Sequence record: ON470586.1
Direction: 5' to 3' (one strand)
DNA length: 21,467 nt
DNA from: Escherichia phage vB_EcoS-611R1
The notes under the pieces: model-generated
What the model was told of the DNA's origin: nothing
Databases searched by the model: none
What the model saw: only the letters and a program-made list of their open reading frames with translations
In this document: positions 16,086-21,467 of the stretch, in pieces
Numbering within the stretch: position 1 is the first letter of the stretch
Layout of the letters: each line of letters opens with the position of its first letter
Translations under genes and position numbers: made by a program

Positions 16086-17030
16086 ATGATTTTTCTCAAG
16101 AATGGCGAAAGTTTTATTCGCGTGAATGACTGGGCAGAAATTCAGGCGAGAGAGTCTTACTATCCCAAATTAGAGTTAAATGATCAGCAACTCTCTGACG
16201 TTTTTGGTTACTACGATGACCTACCAGAGGAAATTCCATGTGGAAAATCAAATTGCCGCAAAGGGCATAAAAAGGGATTTCTGGTAGTTACGAAAGAAGG
16301 ATTTGAAACGAATATCGGCCATGTATGTGGAACTAATGTTTTTGGTATAGCATTTGATAATTTAGCAATAGAACTTTGCAGAAAAGCAGATTTCCATCGC
16401 TTACTTACCGCACTTAAAGAGGCAAAAGATGATATTTTTAGCTATTACAAACTCAAAGCCAAAATCGAATCTGGGCGTCCATCACTAACTGAGGTTGCTC
16501 ATAGAATACTTGACATGAAAGACCCTAAAATCATCGGGCGTGCGGCTTATCAAACATTGAAAAAGATGGCTGCTTCTGGTGATGGGCGTGTTTTCCGCTC
16601 AAGATTAAAAAATACAGAAGAGCTAGAACTGGACGAAATTATGTCCCAGAAGCAAACAAGCGACTCAGCTCCAAAAGTTAACAACAAAAACAAAACCGTA
16701 AATGAACTTATTGGGGTAATACAATACCCTGAATGCTTGCTGAATGATTATGACATTGCTCTTCTTTATGAAAGAGATATAAAAATGGTTCTGGAAAAAT
16801 TAAACAAATGTACCCCAGATGAATTGACTGAAAGAGAGGTGTTGTCTTTTGGAATAAAGGTTTCAAGATTAAGAGAACGCTTTAACTTTGTTCAGGAACG
16901 CTTAGAAAAATCCAGGGTTTTTGCAACAAGAGAAAACCTTAAACCTTTACGTGCATTACTTAACATTCAGAAATCTGTAAGCAATAAAGACAAATTACTA
17001 TTTAAGAAATTTATGGAAAATTTACCATAA
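16086..17030 (+). CDS. uncharacterized protein (314 aa), AT-rich cargo gene in the Q-to-lysis moron hotspot
   Basis: Opposite strand to every flanking phage gene, with RBS AAGGA 7 nt before the ATG and a hairpin terminator right after the stop. Hand-counted GC is about 38-42% against about 52% in a capsid gene sample. The N-terminus has a Cys/His cluster (PCGKSNCRKGHKKG...NIGHVCG); the rest is Lys/Glu-rich and likely helical. I recognise no family. Confidence 0.75.
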   Translation: MIFLKNGESFIRVNDWAEIQARESYYPKLELNDQQLSDVFGYYDDLPEEIPCGKSNCRKGHKKGFLVVTKEGFETNIGHVCGTNVFGIAFDNLAIELCRKADFHRLLTALKEAKDDIFSYYKLKAKIESGRPSLTEVAHRILDMKDPKIIGRAAYQTLKKMAASGDGRVFRSRLKNTEELELDEIMSQKQTSDSAPKVNNKNKTVNELIGVIQYPECLLNDYDIALLYERDIKMVLEKLNKCTPDELTEREVLSFGIKVSRLRERFNFVQERLEKSRVFATRENLKPLRALLNIQKSVSNKDKLLFKKFMENLP

Positions 17031-17032
17031 TT

Positions 17033-17056
17033 AAAAAACCCGCTATAAAGCGGGTT
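17033..17056 (-). terminator. tR'-like intrinsic terminator (bidirectional hairpin)
   Basis: Stem AACCCGCT/AGCGGGTT (17037-17044 with 17049-17056), loop ATAA. On the minus strand it is followed by U6, a strong terminator for transcripts from the promoter downstream of Q. On the plus strand it follows the 314-aa gene's stop with a weaker T-rich tail. Confidence 0.6.
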
Positions 17057-17097
17057 CCGTGTTAATTTTTATATTGGCGCTAAACCCCATAATTAAA

Positions 17098-17127
17098 ATG
17101 ATACAAGACAATTTTATGCAAAGTCAA
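17098..17127 (-). promoter_or_regulatory. candidate late promoter (PR'-like) downstream of the Q-like gene
   Basis: On the minus strand: -35 TTGACT (plus 17122-17127), 18-nt spacer, -10 TATCAT (plus 17098-17103). It lies about 45 nt after the Q-like stop and about 40 nt before the tR'-like terminator, predicting a short roughly 60-nt leader RNA as in the lambda PR'-qut-tR' unit. Confidence 0.5.
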
Positions 17128-17166
17128 GTCGGTTGCTCAAAAATCTCTCCGCCAAAGCTGTTCAGA

Positions 17167-17982
17167 TCAGTAACTCGTTGCCTTCTCAAATTCTCTAGCC
17201 GCATGCCGCTCACCTTGATGCAGGATATCAATCAATTTTTCATAGAATGGTTTCCAATTGCGCGACCATGAAGACTGGTGCAGATCGGGAATGTATATTT
17301 GAATAGCTCGATGAACATTAGCTGATTTGATAGATACGAATCCCTTTCCACTACAACGCTCGCAGATTTTAAACACTGGCACACCACGCTCGCTTGTGGC
17401 TTTGCGGTCCAGTACCTCTCCCTTTCCACCACAACGACACCTGGCACTTATCACTCCCTTCCCTTTACATACATCGCAAACGACTGGTACAACTTCCGTT
17501 ACCTCTGTCCATTTTTCCCAGTCTGACGGTCGAACAGCACGGGAGCGACTGGCCCAATATGGTGCTTTACCCCATGGGTATGAAACCTTACGAATGACCT
17601 GCTTACGGGGTGTTAGTCCGGTACCACTGCAACTATGGCATGTTACGCTGGTGGCCGCCGATCGGGAATACTCAGCAAAAGCAAACTGAGCCAGTACCAG
17701 CATACACCAGCCAAATTCACCACCAGCTGCTTTACGCACATTCTTCGGTGCAATTTCCATCGCGTGACGCGCCAGCGCCTGGACTGCCATCTGCTCATCA
17801 GTCTTGCTGATACCGGCCTTCCCGAAGAAGGCCGCCAGGCCAAACCGCTCACGATTACTGGTGGTACCAATAGCCGCCATAACATCGGTGCCTGTAAGAC
17901 GTTCCGGAGAGGTTCCTTTCACATCGTCGCCGATATACATTCCCTGAGGACTGAAGTATTTTAGCGATGCCTCAAGCTTCAT
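17167..17982 (-). CDS. Q-like late antiterminator candidate with four CxxCxGxG zinc-finger repeats (QuuQ/YdfT-like)
   Basis: 271-aa ORF with the motifs CHSCSGTG, CDVCKGKG, CRCGGKG and CERCSGKG. It sits immediately upstream of the PR'/tR'-like unit and the lysis genes, and its start overlaps the stop of the preceding gene. The family name is from memory. Confidence 0.55.
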   Translation of the reverse strand: MKLEASLKYFSPQGMYIGDDVKGTSPERLTGTDVMAAIGTTSNRERFGLAAFFGKAGISKTDEQMAVQALARHAMEIAPKNVRKAAGGEFGWCMLVLAQFAFAEYSRSAATSVTCHSCSGTGLTPRKQVIRKVSYPWGKAPYWASRSRAVRPSDWEKWTEVTEVVPVVCDVCKGKGVISARCRCGGKGEVLDRKATSERGVPVFKICERCSGKGFVSIKSANVHRAIQIYIPDLHQSSWSRNWKPFYEKLIDILHQGERHAAREFEKATSY

Positions 17983-18839
17983 TATTCACACTCCCCAACC
18001 AGATTGAGAATGACCGCTGCACCGTCGTCTTCCATGCATTCACCCTTACCACTTGCCAGAAACCAGCGGCACACCTCCACGGCTTCAGCGCGTGTCACCG
18101 GTTTGATGGTTGCCAGCAATTTTTCAAGGTAGCGCTCGCGGTCATATACCGATTCGTGATGCTCAGAGTAACCAAACTCATCGCCCTGTTCTTTAGTTGC
18201 AGTGTGGCGAACACTGTAGAGCCAGTCCCAGTAAACGAACTCGCGAACAACATCAGACAGCGTATAAGGCTCAGGCAGCACATCGCGATATCCATCAACA
18301 AATGCCCGACGCTGTTCATCAATTTCGTTCATGCGGCTGCCGCCAATGCTTCCGGCTTTTTTCTCTGCCGCAGTCCAGCCCCAGAGATGATCGTTGATAA
18401 ATTTCTGGGAAGACCTGATGACCCGCTCTGCTTCCACATCTTCGAGCGCTGCTTCATAGCTACCAAACGTAGCCCTGACTGATGCCGCTTTTTTGATGTT
18501 CTCCCGGGCGTTCCTGATAACCTGCGCAGGGTTATCCATGCCGATGATGCCGAACGCAACCTGGAAAGGTTCGTAACCATTCGCCAGCAGATAACGCGAA
18601 TAGCGTTCCTGAGCCTCTTTTGGGGAAATTTTAATTTTCACCAGCGCAGCCTCAGCAGCATCCAGATGTGCGGGTTCGTTCAGACGGATAACCTCCAGCA
18701 CCCAAAGATAAGCATCAGTCTGCTTATGCCCGGTGATTCTCCGTTGCTCTGGCAGGGGCTTGATGTTTGCGAGGGCGGAGCTGTACGCTGCCGTCGGGAT
18801 GGTGAATAGTGCTTTATGTTCGTTATTATCAGTACGCAT
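17982..18839 (-). CDS. hypothetical protein (285 aa)
   Basis: ORF translationally coupled to the primase upstream and the Q-like gene downstream (shared-nucleotide stop/start overlaps). No motif recognised. Confidence 0.6.
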   Translation of the reverse strand: MRTDNNEHKALFTIPTAAYSSALANIKPLPEQRRITGHKQTDAYLWVLEVIRLNEPAHLDAAEAALVKIKISPKEAQERYSRYLLANGYEPFQVAFGIIGMDNPAQVIRNARENIKKAASVRATFGSYEAALEDVEAERVIRSSQKFINDHLWGWTAAEKKAGSIGGSRMNEIDEQRRAFVDGYRDVLPEPYTLSDVVREFVYWDWLYSVRHTATKEQGDEFGYSEHHESVYDRERYLEKLLATIKPVTRAEAVEVCRWFLASGKGECMEDDGAAVILNLVGECE

Positions 18840-19807
18840 TACGCAACCGCCTTTTTCTTATGGAAAACCAGCTCTCGAACCTGATCACCGTTCATGAGCA
18901 TATTGTTGAAATCATCGTGATCCGGCCAGTACACGCTCACGCGCTGCAGGTCATTCTTTGCCATCAGATTGGCATGAGCACATTCGCAAGCCGCAGCCAG
19001 CCCGGTGGCGCTGTTCTCGTCACGGTCGGCAAAAATAATCAGGTGCAGAACACCAGCTGGTACGCGAAACTTTTTCATAAAGCCGCTGTTAATGGTTGCC
19101 CAGGTGTTCACGTTATAAATCTGGTGCGCTGACAGCGCTGTTTCGATGCCTTCGGCGATACCCAGAGTGCTGGCGACAGGAAACATGCGGATAGCTACAG
19201 AACGAGCGTGATCCAAATAGTTATCTTCCTGCAGGGATTTGAGGCGCTTTGCACTGCTACCGATATCTGCTTTTTTATCACCATCAAGCAGAGTCTGGTG
19301 CAGATAGCACAACTCCCCTTTATCGTCCGTAGCAAGTGAATAAAGAGACTGGAACACACTCCCGTTGTGTCTCTGCCTGGCATTGAACCGGATCGCCTCA
19401 GCAGGAAGACTGAATATTCCACGAGAATTAAGATACGCTGCGCCGGATGTACCACGCAGTGCCTCCAGTTTTGAAAACTTGCTCAATACCCGTTTGCGTA
19501 AGCTGGTGGCGCTGCTGGTTACCGGGATTTTAACCCGTTGGTAATCATTACCGATCAGGCGGTCTATTTCGGTACAAATCTCGTTAAATGGCTTCGCCTG
19601 TGTCAGGGTGACAAGTTTCATACCATCGCCACTACCACATACACAGATCCACGTTCCTGCACCGTCGCGGTCGTCAATTCGGAACTTGCCACGTGCACCG
19701 CATACCGGGCATTCACCCTTGAAGTGATTTTTTCCGGTTATCGGCGGCAGACCGAAGTGCTCTAATATTTCAGGCCAGCGGCCTTTCGCTGCATCTGCTG
19801 TTTTCAT
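18839..19807 (-). CDS. DNA primase (zinc-binding domain plus Toprim domain)
   Basis: 322-aa ORF with an N-terminal zinc-finger-like element (CPVCGARGKF...WICVCG) and a Toprim-like acidic motif (EGIETALS ... IIFADRDEN). Confidence 0.75.
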   Translation of the reverse strand: MKTADAAKGRWPEILEHFGLPPITGKNHFKGECPVCGARGKFRIDDRDGAGTWICVCGSGDGMKLVTLTQAKPFNEICTEIDRLIGNDYQRVKIPVTSSATSLRKRVLSKFSKLEALRGTSGAAYLNSRGIFSLPAEAIRFNARQRHNGSVFQSLYSLATDDKGELCYLHQTLLDGDKKADIGSSAKRLKSLQEDNYLDHARSVAIRMFPVASTLGIAEGIETALSAHQIYNVNTWATINSGFMKKFRVPAGVLHLIIFADRDENSATGLAAACECAHANLMAKNDLQRVSVYWPDHDDFNNMLMNGDQVRELVFHKKKAVA

Positions 19808-19808
19808 C

Positions 19809-21467
19809 TTACTGACTCAGACTGTTTATATTTTTCTGGAGTTGGTGCTTTGCCTGCATGATGCGCCAGGCCTCACTGCCTGCCGGTATCTCACGTCGTT
19901 CATCACGTTCCTGAGATAAATCAATCGTTGTTTGTGCGTTTTCAGTGACCTTCTGAACCCGCTGGTGGCCTTTGGCAAACCGGATCAGTTTGTGTCTGAT
20001 GTAGTTATTTACCTCAGGGGTAATTTCCATCGGAAAGTTACTCAGTCCGTCAGGCCACTCACCGAACTTTTCCCGGAAAGTGTGAGCACACCATCCGTCA
20101 CTGACTGGACGCCCCAGCGAAGCACGCTGGCGCTGATAAAATTTGATCTGACTCCACCAGGACTGTTTCTCTGCCTTCGTCGACTGATGCTGATTTTTAC
20201 CCAGCTTATTAAGTTTGCGGCTAGTGTCAGTATCAACGTCTTCACCTCGCAGCGGCTTGTGTCCACATTTCGGGCAAACATAGACGCCTGCTGGCTTCAT
20301 GTAGTGGCATTGAGGGCATTCATGTGGCAGTTTTTCGGCCCGTTCCTCAACTGCCCGGCGCGCGCTTTCCTCCATGCCGTCAGACTTACCGGGAAGCTCG
20401 TCGTACTCGATTGAATCCGGATAACCCAAACGGTGCACGGTGCCGCTGTGATCGAAGATAAGGCAGGACTCTTTACCCGGTGCGGTGCGCAGCCCACGCC
20501 CGAGCGCCTGCAACCAGCGAATTTCGCTTTTTGTTGGTCTGGCGTAGATGATGCAACGAACGTCACTATCAAAGCCGGCCACCAGAACGCCCACACTAAC
20601 GATGATTTTCGTTGCACCGGTTTCAAAGCGGTGAATGATGGTCTGGCGCTCATCTACCGGAGTGTCTGCGGTCATTACCTCAGCGTTAACACCCGCCAGG
20701 TTAAACTGGATTGTCAGGTAATTGGCGTGGGCTACGTTGACGCAGAAAGCGATGGTAGGTAGATCCCGACCATTCTCCAGCCAGTTCTGTACAATGTCGC
20801 CCACCAGCGTAGAGCCGCACATGATTTCAGCCAGCTGTGTTTCGTTGTAATCGCGGCCGTACTCAAGCGAAGATGTGGTTTTAACACCTTTCAGATCCGG
20901 CTTAGTTGGCGCGTAAAATTCGTATTTACTCAGATCGCCACGCTGGATTAACTCGCCGATGGTGGTCGGTTTAATCAGTCGGTCATAGTATTTGCCCAGG
21001 AACGGGGAAAACGGAGTACCCGACAGGCCAATCACCTTTACGCCTTTGCCGCGCAGACGTTCGATATCCTTCAGGATGCGTTTTTTACGCAGGTGCGCTT
21101 CGTCGATAATCAGCAGATCGATATTTTCAGGAAAAACACGACGAATAAGCGTATCAGCGCTGGCAATCTGAATTTTCCGGTCCGGATCGTAGTTCGGGTG
21201 ATCCGCCCAGATATAACCGATTTCATCTCCAGGTAAACCATACTGCACGAACCGATTAGCCGTCTGACCAATCAGGATGGTGTACGGAACACAGAACAGA
21301 ACACGCATACCACGGCTGACAAAACCAGCAACTATGAAGGCTGCCAGACCCGTTTTACCGCTACCTGTTGGCGAGTAAACCATGAAGGTGTCGTTTGCCT
21401 TCCAGTCACGGCGCAACATGTTTAACGCTCGTTCCTGTGCAAAATTCGGCGTGATCGTCAGCTCCAT
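19809..21467 (-). CDS. SF2 DEAD/DEAH-box helicase with C-terminal zinc ribbon; N-terminus at the window edge
   Basis: 552-aa ORF with Walker A SPTGSGKTG, DEAH box IIDEAHL, motif III GLSGTPF, motif VI QALGRGLR and a C-terminal CPQCH...CPKCGH element. The ATG is the last codon of the window, so the true start may lie beyond it. Confidence 0.8.
   Translation of the reverse strand: MELTITPNFAQERALNMLRRDWKANDTFMVYSPTGSGKTGLAAFIVAGFVSRGMRVLFCVPYTILIGQTANRFVQYGLPGDEIGYIWADHPNYDPDRKIQIASADTLIRRVFPENIDLLIIDEAHLRKKRILKDIERLRGKGVKVIGLSGTPFSPFLGKYYDRLIKPTTIGELIQRGDLSKYEFYAPTKPDLKGVKTTSSLEYGRDYNETQLAEIMCGSTLVGDIVQNWLENGRDLPTIAFCVNVAHANYLTIQFNLAGVNAEVMTADTPVDERQTIIHRFETGATKIIVSVGVLVAGFDSDVRCIIYARPTKSEIRWLQALGRGLRTAPGKESCLIFDHSGTVHRLGYPDSIEYDELPGKSDGMEESARRAVEERAEKLPHECPQCHYMKPAGVYVCPKCGHKPLRGEDVDTDTSRKLNKLGKNQHQSTKAEKQSWWSQIKFYQRQRASLGRPVSDGWCAHTFREKFGEWPDGLSNFPMEITPEVNNYIRHKLIRFAKGHQRVQKVTENAQTTIDLSQERDERREIPAGSEAWRIMQAKHQLQKNINSLSQ

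Noticed and set aside
17059-17271. 70-aa plus-strand ORF overlapping the PR'-like region and the end of the Q-like gene
   Set aside because: It lies over the promoter/terminator unit and is antisense to the Q-like gene, with no RBS.
1-21467. CRISPR arrays, integrase, attachment sites, insertion sequences
   Set aside because: I found no regularly spaced direct repeats, no tyrosine or serine recombinase-like ORF and no transposase-like ORF; the integration module is presumably outside the window.

Overview
The window is almost entirely the late region of a lambdoid prophage of an enterobacterial host, with the phage genes running on the minus strand (high to low coordinates). In phage order it reads: SF2 helicase (touching the right window edge) - zinc-finger/Toprim primase - an uncharacterized 285-aa protein - a Q-like zinc-finger protein (candidate late antiterminator) - a PR'-like promoter and tR'-like terminator - three tRNA-like genes - phage-21/Qin-type lysis cassette (dual-start pinholin, an inserted 116-aa ORF, SAR endolysin, Rz with embedded Rz1) - HNH endonuclease - small and large terminase - portal - prohead protease - HK97-fold major capsid protein - head-tail connector/adaptor proteins - major tail protein - G and G-T tail chaperones with a -1 frameshift - tape measure - minor tail protein M. 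Two AT-rich plus-strand genes are inserted against this polarity. The more interesting is a 314-aa uncharacterized protein (16086..17030) sitting antisense to the late transcript just downstream of tR', and it is my best candidate for a novel accessory or defence gene. The second is a 179-aa protein I tentatively recall as YfbU-like (12675..13214), next to an 88-aa ORF. No CRISPR array, integrase or attachment site is visible. All family assignments are from reading the translations and from memory; no database search was run.
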